DNA of 64,000 bases from Eubacterium sp. (GTDB lineage Bacteria; Bacillota; Clostridia; Lachnospirales; Lachnospiraceae): assembly GCA_022764265.1 (NCBI GenBank), contig JALERO010000119.1, positions 11,700-75,699 on the forward strand, in the 5' to 3' direction. The position numbers were made by a program, and so were the translations under genes. Below, piece after piece: positions 50,722 to 62,376 of the stretch (positions within the stretch are counted from its first letter, which is position 1; each line of letters begins with the position of its first letter). The notes under the pieces are model-generated. The model did no database searches. It was not told where the DNA came from and was given only the letters and a program-made list of their open reading frames with translations.

Positions 50722-50946
50722 AAATAAGAAGTGCAGCACATAGAATTTGATATAAAGAACCCGGTTCATAACATGGTGTTTTGCCGTTTGGAGAACGAGT
50801 CCACAGAAAATGTCTTTGTAGAGACGGACACATTTTGTGTCCGACCTCATAAAGACATTTTCCGACGAAGTTCTCCAACCGGCATGATTAATGTTATGAA
50901 CCGGATTCTTTTATTGTCCAAACAAGGAGCTGCACTCTGTTCATTT

Positions 50947-53031
50947 TTAATGAAATGCTTTCTCTTGTTTATACAGCGGTTCCACATTCCTTTCATGGAA
51001 TTCATAAGATTCCGACTGATTCAGGGTAATATTCTCATTGGTTTTACTTACCTGATGTATCGTTATTTCGTCCCCTTCCTTAACGCTGCCTGCACTGATT
51101 TTCATTACATGGTTGCTTTTCACTTCGGAACTGACCAGAATTCCATTGACATATACTCTGCTGTAGTCAGTAAAATTATCTCCCAGCAACAGATATTTTT
51201 TCCCATCTTGTTTTATGGATTCCACTTTTACCGGATTCAGACTGAAACAGATTTCTGTCGCTTCCAGAGGATCCAGTCCTTCTCTGATAAAATTGGCACC
51301 ATAAAGCATATCATACTGCAGTAATTTCAGATTTTTTTTATAATTTTTTGAATCCTGCATCGTCTGATGGAACTGATTGATCACACCATTTTGAATATCG
51401 ACCTCGGAGAGCACCTTGGAGGCAAGCTGATAAGATGTGAGATTCTCTGATTCCTTTTTCTTATTCGCTTTATTATAACCAAAATTGTCCCAGATAAAAT
51501 AAGGGGTCTCATATTTATTGCCACATAAAAGATCCGAGTTTTCAAAATCCATACCCGGCAAATGATCTCCATAGGCAATGACCATGGTATCTTCATCATA
51601 TTTGGATAAAAGTTCCAGCAGATTTTTCAGGAAATCGTCCATCTCCCGGGTCTGATTGACATAATAGGTGAGCTGATTCAGGTATGATTCGGACAATCCT
51701 TCTCCTGTCACCTGAATTAACGCATTATCCTGCGGACCTGTCGGATAATCCCCGTGTCCCTGGACAGAAATTGTATAAATCAAATCCTTCGAAGAAGTTC
51801 TCTCCATCGTATCCATGATATATTTGGTCAGAATCTCATCCTTGGCCCATCCGGCTTCATTTTTACTGTTCACATTCATATTCTCAATGGTGATAAAATT
51901 ATCAAATCCAAGATTGGAGAATACGGTATCTCTATCATAAAATGAAGCATTATTATTGTGAATCACGCTGGTCTCATAGGACAATTCCTTCAGCCAGTAA
52001 CTGATACTGTCACAAGTCTTATTCTGTAAAACGCTTCGGTACGGATACTCACCGGTTCCGAAATATTTAACATTCATCCCGGTAATTACCTCAAACTCCG
52101 TATTGATCGTGCCGGCACCGTATACAGGCACTTTCAGCATTCCGGAGGTGTATTCTTCCTGAATCTTATGAAATGTCGGAATCGGATCTTCCGAAACCTG
52201 AAGCTTCTTCACCGTCGAGAGATCAAAGAAAGATTCCAGCTGAATAAAGATAATATTCGGACGACGCTCTTCTTTATACTCGGCCTGCTGATCACTCTCT
52301 TTTATCATTTTATGAATCTTTTGACTCAATTTCTGTACACGATCCTTTGAATATTCAATAGGACGGTCGATTCCCGTATCCATTGCGGTGACGCAAAATC
52401 CATATGCAACACCGTAATCTTTATAACCGGCAATCAGGTTATCAAAATCTTTGATCAACTGTCCCCGGCCTACACCAACATATGTAATTCCGCCAAACAT
52501 CAAAAACATGATCAGCACCATACATACATTGGTCTTTAAATCAAAAGACTTTTTGGCAACAGGAGAATAAAGATAAAGAGATACCAGTGCGATCACTCCC
52601 ACGATCAGCAGGATAATCGCACCTACAATCTGCCATAATTCCAGATAGCTTCTCAAGATCGGAAGAATTGACTTCGCCAGTGTAAGATCTACGGCAGTAA
52701 AAGGCGTTCTTCTGTCATTGAGCACAATACCGTTAACCAGTCCAACCAGAAACCATCCTGCAGTTATCAGGGCATAAGTAAACATTTTCTTTCTGGCAAT
52801 GAACACAATCGATAAGAACATAAAAATGATCAGTGCATTAAACAGAAAAACAAATGTCCTGTCATTAATAAACTGCATCAGTCCACTGAAAGATTTTCTT
52901 TCCATGTATTCCAGAAACAAATCCAATGCCAATGCTGTAACAATGTTACAGCACAAGACCTTCCGGTTCGATGGATTCCATATGTTCTTCCACATTTTTT
53001 TTCCTTTCTCTATGGATAATCTCTCTATCAC
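50947..53031 (-). CDS. LTA synthase family (sulfatase-like) membrane protein
   Basis: About 5 TMs, PNIIFIQLESF, GTINTEFE, SVQGHG, YGDHLP. Confidence 0.92.
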   Translation of the reverse strand: MIERLSIEKGKKMWKNIWNPSNRKVLCCNIVTALALDLFLEYMERKSFSGLMQFINDRTFVFLFNALIIFMFLSIVFIARKKMFTYALITAGWFLVGLVNGIVLNDRRTPFTAVDLTLAKSILPILRSYLELWQIVGAIILLIVGVIALVSLYLYSPVAKKSFDLKTNVCMVLIMFLMFGGITYVGVGRGQLIKDFDNLIAGYKDYGVAYGFCVTAMDTGIDRPIEYSKDRVQKLSQKIHKMIKESDQQAEYKEERRPNIIFIQLESFFDLSTVKKLQVSEDPIPTFHKIQEEYTSGMLKVPVYGAGTINTEFEVITGMNVKYFGTGEYPYRSVLQNKTCDSISYWLKELSYETSVIHNNNASFYDRDTVFSNLGFDNFITIENMNVNSKNEAGWAKDEILTKYIMDTMERTSSKDLIYTISVQGHGDYPTGPQDNALIQVTGEGLSESYLNQLTYYVNQTREMDDFLKNLLELLSKYDEDTMVIAYGDHLPGMDFENSDLLCGNKYETPYFIWDNFGYNKANKKKESENLTSYQLASKVLSEVDIQNGVINQFHQTMQDSKNYKKNLKLLQYDMLYGANFIREGLDPLEATEICFSLNPVKVESIKQDGKKYLLLGDNFTDYSRVYVNGILVSSEVKSNHVMKISAGSVKEGDEITIHQVSKTNENITLNQSESYEFHERNVEPLYKQEKAFH

Positions 53032-53825
53032 GGCATCACACTCTGAATACGAATTGCCTGTACCACAAATCTTCCATCTTCAGAATTCGAGGTACAGGTG
53101 GACAGCGTAAGCATTGGTTCTGTATCATCTAACTCTGTTTCCGTCTCATAGCTGGATTTTTCTTTCTGCATGGTCAGAAATTCAGAATATTCCTCATCGG
53201 AACCCGCCTCAACCAGGTAGACATCGGTATCTGTCTCGGCACTGATTTCTCTGGCAGCAAAAATACGGTACTCCATATTCTCTTCCGGTGTCAATATCCA
53301 GATTACCGGATGCTCCCGATAATCTGCATCTTTATTATAATTAATGTCATACATTTTTTTCAGACTGCCAAACATGGCTCCTGTTTTCAGATTGTGTCCA
53401 TAAACAATACTGTTATCTGATGAAAAATCCGGCTGACAGAGGGCATCCAGAAAAATTGCTCCGGTAAAATTCGTTGTCCCTTCAAAAGTGTGATGCAGAT
53501 AATATTCATTGTCCGGATTTTGTACGATTGGATAATTTATCTCTGAATCCGGAATATATACCCATCCCACAATGTCGCTGTTTATTTTTGCAAGAGCCTC
53601 AAAATCCACAGTAATCGGACAAGTATCTGCTTTGCTTTCGTCTTCCTGATTCTGTGTCTCCACAGGCATCTCTTTTACATAGTCTGTTAATTTTTCGTAT
53701 TCTTCTTCTCCATCATGATATTTCTGATAATACCCCCATAGTTTCCATGCTGAAAAACCGGCCACCGCCAAACATAGCAGAATAATCAGCCAGGAGAGGA
53801 CACCCATTCCCTTTTTTTTCTTCAT
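53028..53825 (-). CDS. srtB: Class B sortase
   Basis: INYPIVQ, YYLH, GAIFLD, VYGHN, LTLSTC, GRFVV. Confidence 0.9.
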   Translation of the reverse strand: MKKKKGMGVLSWLIILLCLAVAGFSAWKLWGYYQKYHDGEEEYEKLTDYVKEMPVETQNQEDESKADTCPITVDFEALAKINSDIVGWVYIPDSEINYPIVQNPDNEYYLHHTFEGTTNFTGAIFLDALCQPDFSSDNSIVYGHNLKTGAMFGSLKKMYDINYNKDADYREHPVIWILTPEENMEYRIFAAREISAETDTDVYLVEAGSDEEYSEFLTMQKEKSSYETETELDDTEPMLTLSTCTSNSEDGRFVVQAIRIQSVMP

Positions 53826-53832
53826 ACTTCAC

Positions 53833-54387
53833 CTATTTCAAACGTAATGGAATTCCACTTATGGAAATGTAAACCTCATCAGAAAGTGAGGCAATAAACT
53901 GATTTGCTTTTCCCGCCATATCACTGAAAATTCTTCCCAGACGATAGGCCGGAACCACGGACATTCCCAGTTCATTCGTGACCAGAATCAACGTTTTATT
54001 ACCATCTCTGGCTCCTTTGATCACATCACTAAGCTCCATCATAACCTGCGCTTCGATATCTTCTATTTCTTTACTGCTGATCTCATCAAAATCTCTTTCT
54101 TCTTCAAATAAGATATTGGTGATGAGCACCGTTACGCAGTCTAACAGAATCGTATCCTTCTCTGTATTTTTAATAACCTCTCCAAGAGAGCGATATCCTT
54201 CATAGGTTCCCCACTCCGGATCCCTTCTCTCCTGATGCAGACGAATCCGTTCCTTCATATCGTCATCTGTAGGAATGGCGGTCGCAAGGTAAAGAACGCT
54301 TCTTCCTCCATATTCCACTGCTTTTTTCTCTGCCAATACACTCTTTCCGCTCCGGCTCCCACCGGTCACTGTAATTACTTTAGACAT
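53833..54387 (-). CDS. cobU: Adenosylcobinamide kinase/adenosylcobinamide-phosphate guanylyltransferase
   Basis: TGGSRSGKS, YLATA, RIRLHQERR, LLDCVT, VTNELGMSVVP. Confidence 0.93.
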   Translation of the reverse strand: MSKVITVTGGSRSGKSVLAEKKAVEYGGRSVLYLATAIPTDDDMKERIRLHQERRDPEWGTYEGYRSLGEVIKNTEKDTILLDCVTVLITNILFEEERDFDEISSKEIEDIEAQVMMELSDVIKGARDGNKTLILVTNELGMSVVPAYRLGRIFSDMAGKANQFIASLSDEVYISISGIPLRLK

Positions 54388-54457
54388 TTGCTTCTCCCTT
54401 CTATCCCTCTCAAAATATAATGATATTAACCTGCGACTTATATTATTCACTGCAGCC

Positions 54458-55249
54458 TTATCTGCGAGGCTCCGGCTGCAAAATCCAGAGCTCTGCCCGG
54501 TATATATAATCAATCGTTCCAAAAACAGAAAGCATCATCATCCAGAAACTGCTGATCAAATATCCAAGGCAGATATTCAGGCTGGTCAAAATCGCAAAAA
54601 ATGTCTTTGCATATAATCCTATTACAAATGCATCCCGAATAGATAAAAATTTCCCATCCGGACTTCTCACACCTGTCCTGCAAAACAGACCAAAAATCAA
54701 TGCCGCCAGAAGATACTGAATAACTTTGGCCAATAGCGAAATCACAAAATACATTATCAGCATTCCCTTGATAAACGGGATCATCTCCACAAGATCCTGA
54801 TTGGTCATGGTCATATCCTTCAGAGAACTCAGCTCAACATTGGACATATTCTGTCCGATCTTTATCATGATATTGGTCTTGCTGATCAGAAATTCTTCCT
54901 GATATTCTTCCTGAAAATCTTTTGCACTAAAAGCCTCTTTATCTGAATTAACTGTGACATGCAAAATGCCTCCGATATCAAAAGAAATCGGAGATGCAAT
55001 GGTCATCTCACCATCTGCCAGCTTAAATTCCGGAACACGATTTAAAAACAGATTCCGAAATCCTCCAACACTGGCGTTCCATGCTGCAAACGGAATCACA
55101 GTTTCCACAAAAACAAGAAACAAAAATAAAACAATGAAAAATCGCACATGGTTTCCTGTCTTTTTTTCCAAAAGTGATTTGTATTTTCTCGGTTGGAAAC
55201 AGGCAATTTTAAGCTGCCCGAAAAATCCAATCTGGTTCTCCTGATTCAT
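54458..55249 (-). CDS. Membrane protein (DUF1189-like)
   Basis: TM - VPEFKLADGEM soluble loop - 3 TM architecture. Confidence 0.7.
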   Translation of the reverse strand: MNQENQIGFFGQLKIACFQPRKYKSLLEKKTGNHVRFFIVLFLFLVFVETVIPFAAWNASVGGFRNLFLNRVPEFKLADGEMTIASPISFDIGGILHVTVNSDKEAFSAKDFQEEYQEEFLISKTNIMIKIGQNMSNVELSSLKDMTMTNQDLVEMIPFIKGMLIMYFVISLLAKVIQYLLAALIFGLFCRTGVRSPDGKFLSIRDAFVIGLYAKTFFAILTSLNICLGYLISSFWMMMLSVFGTIDYIYRAELWILQPEPRR

Positions 55250-55262
55250 CGGTTCCTCCCCA

Positions 55263-55808
55263 TTATCGGTATAAAATTGAGGAAGCAATCTGATCTGCCT
55301 TTTCTTTGCTCTTTAATTCCTCGATCAGCTGCAGTGCAAAGGCAATGGCGGTACCGACACCTCGGCTTGTCACCACATGGCCATCCACTGCCACCGGTTC
55401 TTCCACATAACTTCCACACTGACTGCTGTCCACACATCCCGGATAACTGGTGGCTTTGCGATTCTCCAGAAATCCAAGACCGGCAAATACAGACGGAGCC
55501 GCACAGATAGCCGCAATCCATCCATTATTCTGATACTGTTTTTTTAATAATTCTGCCAAACCTTCATGTTCCCGAAGGTAATCGGTTCCAGGAAGACCTC
55601 CCGGAAGTACCAGCAAATCAGCGGTCTCCTGCAAATCTTCAAACAATATATCGGTCTCTATGGTAATCTGATGGGATCCCGTAACCGTTTTTCTTCCCAT
55701 AATGGAAACGGTCTTCACATCAAATTCTGCTCTTCTCAATAAATCCACGGCAGTCAAGCCTTCCACTTCTTCAAATCCGTCTGCACAAAAAACATATACT
55801 AAACTCAT
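55263..55808 (-). CDS. DJ-1/YajL/ThiJ family protein
   Basis: ADGFEEVE, LPGGLPG, AAICAAP, ATSYP, TSRGVG. Confidence 0.93.
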   Translation of the reverse strand: MSLVYVFCADGFEEVEGLTAVDLLRRAEFDVKTVSIMGRKTVTGSHQITIETDILFEDLQETADLLVLPGGLPGTDYLREHEGLAELLKKQYQNNGWIAAICAAPSVFAGLGFLENRKATSYPGCVDSSQCGSYVEEPVAVDGHVVTSRGVGTAIAFALQLIEELKSKEKADQIASSILYR

Positions 55809-56005
55809 ACGGAAACCTCCTGTCTCAAAATATTCAAACTTAATTGTAGCCCAAATAATAATAATTATCAAGCATAGTCATAATTATTTCACGAAATGCA
55901 TGAAATGATGTTCTTCCATCTTCTGCCTCTTCCTTTTTCTGCTTCTTTTCAAAGACAAAAAAATGAGTTATACTGTCAGAAAAAGTGAAGAAAAGAGGTT
56001 TATAT

Positions 56006-56494
56006 ATGGAAATAGAACGCAAATATTTAATCCGGCAGCTTCCAAATCACCTGAACGATTATCCCCATGATGAGATTTCTCAGGCATATATTTCCACCGA
56101 TCCTGTGATCCGGATCCGAAAAAAAAATGAGGATTATATTCTCACAATAAAATCCAAGGGTCTCCTTGCCAGAGAAGAGATTGAAATGCCGATTTCAAAA
56201 GAAAGCTTTCTACATTTACTTGAAAAAAAAGATGGTATTAATATAGAAAAAACTCGTTACAAGATTCCCGAATCCCGTGGCTATCTCATCGAACTGGATG
56301 TATTTCACGGCGTTTACGAAGGATTTATTATGGCAGAAATCGAATTCCCTGATCTGGAGACAGCCAATCGCTATCAGCCGCCGGAATGGTTCGGAAGGGA
56401 TGTAACCATGGATTCCAGATTTCATAATTCCAATTTGAGTCGTCAGACTCCGGAAGAAATTACAGAATTTTTGAAAGTCATCACAAAGAATTAA
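56006..56494 (+). CDS. CYTH domain protein
   Basis: MEIERKYL, IRIR, LTIK, REEIE, KTRY, AEIEF. Confidence 0.92.
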   Translation: MEIERKYLIRQLPNHLNDYPHDEISQAYISTDPVIRIRKKNEDYILTIKSKGLLAREEIEMPISKESFLHLLEKKDGINIEKTRYKIPESRGYLIELDVFHGVYEGFIMAEIEFPDLETANRYQPPEWFGRDVTMDSRFHNSNLSRQTPEEITEFLKVITKN

Positions 56495-56614
56495 CAGATT
56501 ATTAAGATTTAAACAGTATCAATTTTTTATGAAATGTACTATAATAGTGACTGTTTGGGAGCACAGAACTTAATACAGCATATGCCAGAAAGTTTAACTA
56601 GAAAGGAAAAGTTC

Positions 56615-58075
56615 ATGAAAAAGAAAAAACAAAACGATAATATAAATAACACGAAAACCAAGACATCCCGACGGGCATCCAAAAAGAAAATGTCTTCTTT
56701 TCAGAAGAAATGTATCGCCGGTGCCGTTGCAGCTTTTGCTATTATTATATATGGGGCCGGTGTTTATCATTATAAGGATCATTTTCACCGAAACATCTCC
56801 GTCAACGGCACCAGGCTCAGCGGAATGACCGTGACAGAAGCAGAAGATACCTTCACACAGGATTTTGCTTCTCACAAGATTCTCATTACAGAGAAAGAGC
56901 GCAAGGAAATCATTGATCCACAGGATGTCGACACAGTAATTGATGTGGGAAACCAGATTCAGGATCTGAAGGATTCGCTGAATCCATGGCTCTGGTTTAC
57001 TGATTTCTTCGGAAAAGAAGAATACACCATTGCTCTCGATGTTACTTATGATGAAGCAAAACTCCAATCCGTTGTGGATAATTTAGAATGTTTTTCAAAA
57101 GAAAATGTGGTTGCTCCGGAAGATGCTTACATAAAAGCCGGAGACACTCAGTTTGAGATCGTGCCGGAAGTTCTGGGTAATACCGTAAAGAAAAAGAAGC
57201 TCATGGAATTGATCGGAACAGATCTTGCTACATGCGTTACGAGCATTGATCTGGAAAAAGAAGGTTTATATAAACTGCCTTCTTATTACGAAAAAGACGA
57301 GGTTGTTAAGCAGGCTCTGGAGACAGCCAACCTGTATACCCACGGTACCATCACCTACGATTTCAAATACACCACGGAAACACTGGATTATAACACCACC
57401 AAAGACTGGATTGATATCTCTGATGATTTCAAGGTGACTATTAATGAAGATAAGGTCGGCGATTATGTCAGCGATCTTGGCAAAAAGTATAACACCATGG
57501 GTGCTGCCCGTGATTTCAAGACTTCCTCCGGACAGACCATTAATGCTTATGGCGGTGATTATGGATGGAAGATTTATTACGATAAAGAAAAGGCAAAACT
57601 AACGAAAAACCTGAAGAGCGGGAAAGATGTGTCCAGAGAACCGGTATACTCTTATACCGCACAGTGCCGTAATTCCGCAAAGGATGACATTGGTGATTCC
57701 TACGTGGAGGTCAGCATCGCCCGTCAGGAGATCTGGCTTTATGTAAACGGTGAATGTAAAGTGAATTCCTCCGTTGTCACCGGTAATCCGACCATCGGGC
57801 ATGAAACCTACACCGGTGTATACTCCATCACTTACAAGAAGAGTCCGGATGTACTGAGAGGGCTGAACTCCAACGGCAGTTCCTACGCGTCCGAGGTTAC
57901 CTACTGGATGCCATTTAACGGCAATCAGGGACTTCACGATGCCACCTGGCGAGACAGCTTCGGCGGTTCCATTTACAAATCCAACGGTTCCCACGGATGT
58001 GTCAATCTTCCGTACTCCACGGCAGCCGTAATCTACAAATACGTAGATGCCGGATTCCCAGTTGTGATTTATTAG
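56615..58075 (+). CDS. L,D-transpeptidase with peptidoglycan-binding domains
   Basis: N-terminal TM; VVTG, YWMPFNG, GLHDATWR, GSHGCVNL. Confidence 0.93.
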   Translation: MKKKKQNDNINNTKTKTSRRASKKKMSSFQKKCIAGAVAAFAIIIYGAGVYHYKDHFHRNISVNGTRLSGMTVTEAEDTFTQDFASHKILITEKERKEIIDPQDVDTVIDVGNQIQDLKDSLNPWLWFTDFFGKEEYTIALDVTYDEAKLQSVVDNLECFSKENVVAPEDAYIKAGDTQFEIVPEVLGNTVKKKKLMELIGTDLATCVTSIDLEKEGLYKLPSYYEKDEVVKQALETANLYTHGTITYDFKYTTETLDYNTTKDWIDISDDFKVTINEDKVGDYVSDLGKKYNTMGAARDFKTSSGQTINAYGGDYGWKIYYDKEKAKLTKNLKSGKDVSREPVYSYTAQCRNSAKDDIGDSYVEVSIARQEIWLYVNGECKVNSSVVTGNPTIGHETYTGVYSITYKKSPDVLRGLNSNGSSYASEVTYWMPFNGNQGLHDATWRDSFGGSIYKSNGSHGCVNLPYSTAAVIYKYVDAGFPVVIY

Positions 58076-58086
58076 GAAACATTGGC

Positions 58087-58128
58087 AAACAGACGCCGAG
58101 GATTGCGTTATCCCCGGCGTCTGTTTTT
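58087..58128. terminator. Bidirectional terminator
   Basis: AAACAGACGCCG...CGGCGTCTGTTTTT. Confidence 0.7.
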
Positions 58129-58131
58129 CTT

Positions 58132-60393
58132 TTACCTGCGGACTTTCACTCCCCGGCTGTCCCTGGACATCATTTTTATTTTCTGGAAAATCAATTCTTT
58201 TTCTTTATACATGATGGAGTCTCTTGAGGCTCCTTCTGTCAGATACACATGGCGGACCTGATCGTCCTCTCGCAGACTCATACCCCGGATTCCCAGTGCA
58301 TTTTTCTTCTTTCGGGTTATTTCCGACAGTGGGAATCGAAGGAAATATCCTTCTTCACTTTGAAGCACAAGGCAGGTATTTCCGCTTTCTTCCTGACCAT
58401 TTTCAATCACTTTTACAGCAATCAGTTGGTCCCCATCATTTAATTTTGTGGCGGCAACGGTTTTCTTCTGAACAATGAACTCGTTGCCATCCACAATTTT
58501 GGCCATGGAAGCTGCCGTTACAAACAGAAGACTCTTATCCTTCAACTCTCTGTCAGATACAATATTTAATATCTGTTCATTTCGGCTGTCATAATTTCCG
58601 ATATTATCGAGAGGGATTCCTTTTTCTCTGAGCCGTCCTGCCGGAATATCCTGGACTTTAATCTGATGCATCATACCATTCTGGGTAAAGATACACAGCT
58701 TATCCGTGTTCATACATGGGAGAATCGTCTTATATTCTTCGATGACGGTATCTTTATTTCTCTCATAAATATTTTTCTCCAGAAGCTTGCCGTAGCCAAA
58801 ACGGTCCATGACAAATACCACTTCCCGCTCTTCCACCGCTTCTTCCACCACAACGGCTGCCTTTGCATTTTCCAGAACCGTTTTTCTCTCAAAGCCGTAT
58901 TCTTTTTTTATTTTTAAAAGATCCTTTTTGATGGCTTTTTTCATTGAGGACGGATTCTCTAAGATATCCTCGTATTCCCGGATTTTTTTCAGAATCTCCG
59001 CATATTCCTCCTGAAGAGCCATCATTTCCAATCCGATCAGACGGTAAAGGCGCATCTCAAGGATGGCTGTGGCCTGACGCTCTGTGAAGGATAATTTTGA
59101 CGCTGCTTTTTTGGATTTCTGGGTCTTAAAATTAATATTTCCGGTGTCCCCGCTGATCAGGCAGGCTTTGGCTTCTGCCAGATTTTTGCTTCCCCGGAGG
59201 ATCTCAATAATCAAATCGATAATATCACAGGCCTGAATAAGACCTTCTTTGATTTCTTTCTGAACCAGAAGGCGATCCAGCAAGGTGCGGTATTTCCTCG
59301 TCACCACTTCATAATGGAAATCGGTGTGGAGACGGATGATATCTTTTAAGCCAAGTAACTCCGGTTTACCATCGGAGATTGCCAGCATATTGACACCGAA
59401 AGTGTCTTCCAGACGGGTTTTTTTGTATAGAAGATTTTTGAGTCTTTCCACATCAGCATTTTTTCGAAGTTCCAATACAATACGGATGCCTTCCTTGGAT
59501 GACTCATTGGCGATATCCACAATATCGGTGGTCTTTTTCGTCTCAATCAAAGACACCACATCAGAAATAAATTTACCGATATTGGCCCCAATCATAGTAT
59601 AAGGAATCTCTGAGATTACCAGCTTATCCCTATCTGATTTTCTTTTGCCTTTCTCCAGTTGAACCTTTCCCCGCAGCTTAATTTTGCCGGTTCCGGTCTC
59701 GTAAATGGACAGAAGATCCTTCTGATTAACAACCAGACCTCCCGTTGGGAAATCCGGTCCTTTCACATACTCCATCAGTTCTTCCGTGGTGATGTCGGAA
59801 TTGTCCATGTATGCCATCACGCCATCAATGACTTCGCCCAGATTATGGGGAGGGATATTGGTGGTCATTCCGACGGCAATCCCCTCGGCACCATTGATCA
59901 GCAGGTTGGGAACCCGCACGGGAAGCACTTCCGGCTCTTTTTCTGTCTCGTCAAAATTCGGGCGGAAATCCACCACATCTTTGTCCATATCCGCGAGATA
60001 AACATCCTGGGTAAATTTCTGGAGTTTGGCTTCCGTATATCGCATGGCCGCTGCCCCGTCTCCTTCGATGGAACCAAAGTTTCCGTGGCCATCCACCAGC
60101 GGCATTCCTTTTTTGAACTCCTGCTCCATGACTACCAGAGCCTCATAAATCGAGCTGTCACCATGAGGGTGATATTTACCCATGGTATCCCCCACAATAC
60201 GGGCCGATTTTCGATGAGGTTTATCCGCATTTAAGCCAAGCTCCTGCATGGCATAGAGAACCCTTCGCTGCACAGGCTTCAGACCATCCCTCACATCGGG
60301 CAGCGCTCTCTGACATATGACGCTCATGGCATAATCAATATAGGATTTCTGCATCACGTCCGAAAATTCTGTTTTTATAATCTGTTCTGACAT
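58132..60393 (-). CDS. parC: Type IIA topoisomerase subunit A (topoisomerase IV ParC-like)
   Basis: [33 protein letters not shown]; 753 aa, no GyrA-box seen. Confidence 0.8.
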   Translation of the reverse strand: MSEQIIKTEFSDVMQKSYIDYAMSVICQRALPDVRDGLKPVQRRVLYAMQELGLNADKPHRKSARIVGDTMGKYHPHGDSSIYEALVVMEQEFKKGMPLVDGHGNFGSIEGDGAAAMRYTEAKLQKFTQDVYLADMDKDVVDFRPNFDETEKEPEVLPVRVPNLLINGAEGIAVGMTTNIPPHNLGEVIDGVMAYMDNSDITTEELMEYVKGPDFPTGGLVVNQKDLLSIYETGTGKIKLRGKVQLEKGKRKSDRDKLVISEIPYTMIGANIGKFISDVVSLIETKKTTDIVDIANESSKEGIRIVLELRKNADVERLKNLLYKKTRLEDTFGVNMLAISDGKPELLGLKDIIRLHTDFHYEVVTRKYRTLLDRLLVQKEIKEGLIQACDIIDLIIEILRGSKNLAEAKACLISGDTGNINFKTQKSKKAASKLSFTERQATAILEMRLYRLIGLEMMALQEEYAEILKKIREYEDILENPSSMKKAIKKDLLKIKKEYGFERKTVLENAKAAVVVEEAVEEREVVFVMDRFGYGKLLEKNIYERNKDTVIEEYKTILPCMNTDKLCIFTQNGMMHQIKVQDIPAGRLREKGIPLDNIGNYDSRNEQILNIVSDRELKDKSLLFVTAASMAKIVDGNEFIVQKKTVAATKLNDGDQLIAVKVIENGQEESGNTCLVLQSEEGYFLRFPLSEITRKKKNALGIRGMSLREDDQVRHVYLTEGASRDSIMYKEKELIFQKIKMMSRDSRGVKVRR

Positions 60394-60432
60394 TATTTCC
60401 TCCTAATCAAAACCGCTTGTACCGTTTTGTGA

Positions 60433-62346
60433 TTATACATCAAGATCCGCATCCTTCGCATGGCTGTGAATGAACTCTCTTCTAGGCGGCACTTCGCTTC
60501 CCATGAGCATGGAAGTCACTTCGGAAGCAAGACGACCGTCCTCAATCTCCACCTGTTTCAGGATTCTTGTCTCCGGATTCAATGTGGTCTCCCAGAGCTG
60601 TTCCGCATCCATCTCTCCCAGACCTTTAAATCGCTGAAGGATAAAGGATCCCTTATGGGTCTTTCTGTAGCGCTCCAATGCTTTATCATCATACAGATAC
60701 TCTTCTTTTCCACGTTTTGGCACTGCTTTATACAGAGGCGGTGTCGCCAGATAAATATGACCGTGATGGATCAGATCCGGCATAAAACGGTAGAAAAAGG
60801 TCAAAAGTAAAGTCGCAATATGGGCGCCGTCCACATCGGCATCGGTCATGATCACAATCTTGTGATACCGTAACTTACTGATGTCAAAATCATTGCCATA
60901 CCCCTCAGAAAAACCACAGCCGAAGGTATGAATCATGGTCTTGATCTCTGCATTGGCCAGCACCTTATCCATGGAGGCCTTCTCGACATTAAGTATCTTT
61001 CCTCGAATCGGAAGGATTGCCTGGGTTCTCCGGTTTCTGGCTGTCTTTGCCGAGCCTCCGGCAGAATCTCCCTCCACGATAAACACTTCACATTCCTCCG
61101 GCTTTCTGCTCTCACAGTTGGCCAGCTTTCCGTTGGTATCAATGGAGAATTTGGACTTGCTGATCAGGTTTGTTCTGGCTTTTTCCTCTGCCTTTCGGAT
61201 CTTGGCCGATTTCTCCGCACAGGATAACACCCTTTTTAATTCTTCCAGGTTTCTGTCATAATATAACACCAATTCCTCGCCCAGAACCTCACTCACTGCC
61301 TTTCCCGCATCCGGGTTATCCAGCTTAGTCTTGGTCTGTCCCTCAAAACGAGGATCCTTATGTTTGATTGACAATACAGCAGTCATTCCGTTTCTCACAT
61401 CGGCGCCGGTAAAATTGTGATCCTTTTCCTTCAGAACGCCGATTTCTCTGGCATACTGGTTCATCACGGACGTGAACTTGGTTTTAAACCCGGTAATATG
61501 GGTTCCGCCCTCCATGGTACAGATATTATTACAAAATCCCAGAATCACCTCCTGAAATTCATCCACATACTGGAACGCCACTTCCACCTCAATATCATCT
61601 ACTTTTCGCTTGAAATATACAACTTCACTGACCGAAGCTTTTCCTTTATTCAAATCCGCCACATAGGCCTTCAAGCCTTCCTCTTCATGGAAGACAACAA
61701 CTTCTTCCTCTCCCGGTCTGCGGTTTTCGAAGGTGATGGTCAGTCCCGGATTGAGGTAGGCTGTTTCATGGAGACGACTTTTAATGGATTCCGCCTTAAA
61801 ATAAGTCCGGTCAAAGATCTCCCCGTCCGGTAAAAAAGTGACTGTTGTACCGGTAGATTCTTTTTTGCATTTTCCAATCACTTCAAGGGGAGCTACCGGT
61901 TTCCCTTTCTCATACATTTGCTGGTACACTTTCCCGTCAGACTGAATTCTTACCTCCAGCCATACGGACAGGGCGTTGACCACAGAAGCGCCAACCCCGT
62001 GGAGTCCTCCGGAAATTTTATACCCTCCGGTTCCGAATTTGCCGCCGGCATGGAGCATGGTAAATACAACCTCAACGGCAGACAATCCGGTCTTGTCATT
62101 GATGCCCACGGGGATTCCCCTTCCGTCATCGGAAATGGTCGCAGTTCCATCTTCGTCGAGAATCACCTGAATGTTGTGACAATATCCGGCCAGATGCTCA
62201 TCCACAGAATTATCCACGATCTCATAAATCAGATGGTTGAGTCCCTTGGTGGAAACACTTCCGATATACATTCCCGGACGCTTTCGAACCGCCTCCAGCC
62301 CTTCCAGCACCGCGATACTGTTTGCATTATATGTCTGTTGATTCAT
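60433..62346 (-). CDS. parE: Type IIA topoisomerase subunit B (ParE-like)
   Basis: VRKRPGMYIG, GGLHGVG, EGDSAGG, PIRGK, MTDADVDG, RFKGLGEM. Confidence 0.8.
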   Translation of the reverse strand: MNQQTYNANSIAVLEGLEAVRKRPGMYIGSVSTKGLNHLIYEIVDNSVDEHLAGYCHNIQVILDEDGTATISDDGRGIPVGINDKTGLSAVEVVFTMLHAGGKFGTGGYKISGGLHGVGASVVNALSVWLEVRIQSDGKVYQQMYEKGKPVAPLEVIGKCKKESTGTTVTFLPDGEIFDRTYFKAESIKSRLHETAYLNPGLTITFENRRPGEEEVVVFHEEEGLKAYVADLNKGKASVSEVVYFKRKVDDIEVEVAFQYVDEFQEVILGFCNNICTMEGGTHITGFKTKFTSVMNQYAREIGVLKEKDHNFTGADVRNGMTAVLSIKHKDPRFEGQTKTKLDNPDAGKAVSEVLGEELVLYYDRNLEELKRVLSCAEKSAKIRKAEEKARTNLISKSKFSIDTNGKLANCESRKPEECEVFIVEGDSAGGSAKTARNRRTQAILPIRGKILNVEKASMDKVLANAEIKTMIHTFGCGFSEGYGNDFDISKLRYHKIVIMTDADVDGAHIATLLLTFFYRFMPDLIHHGHIYLATPPLYKAVPKRGKEEYLYDDKALERYRKTHKGSFILQRFKGLGEMDAEQLWETTLNPETRILKQVEIEDGRLASEVTSMLMGSEVPPRREFIHSHAKDADLDV

Positions 62347-62376
62347 TCCAAACCTCTTCTTCCACTCAAACTGTTT

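Noticed and set aside
58132-62346. gyrA/gyrB call or a quinolone-resistance allele
   Set aside because: Short A subunit without a GyrA-box and a non-origin context favour topoisomerase IV; the QRDR (GDSSIYE) keeps the wild-type Ser and acidic residue
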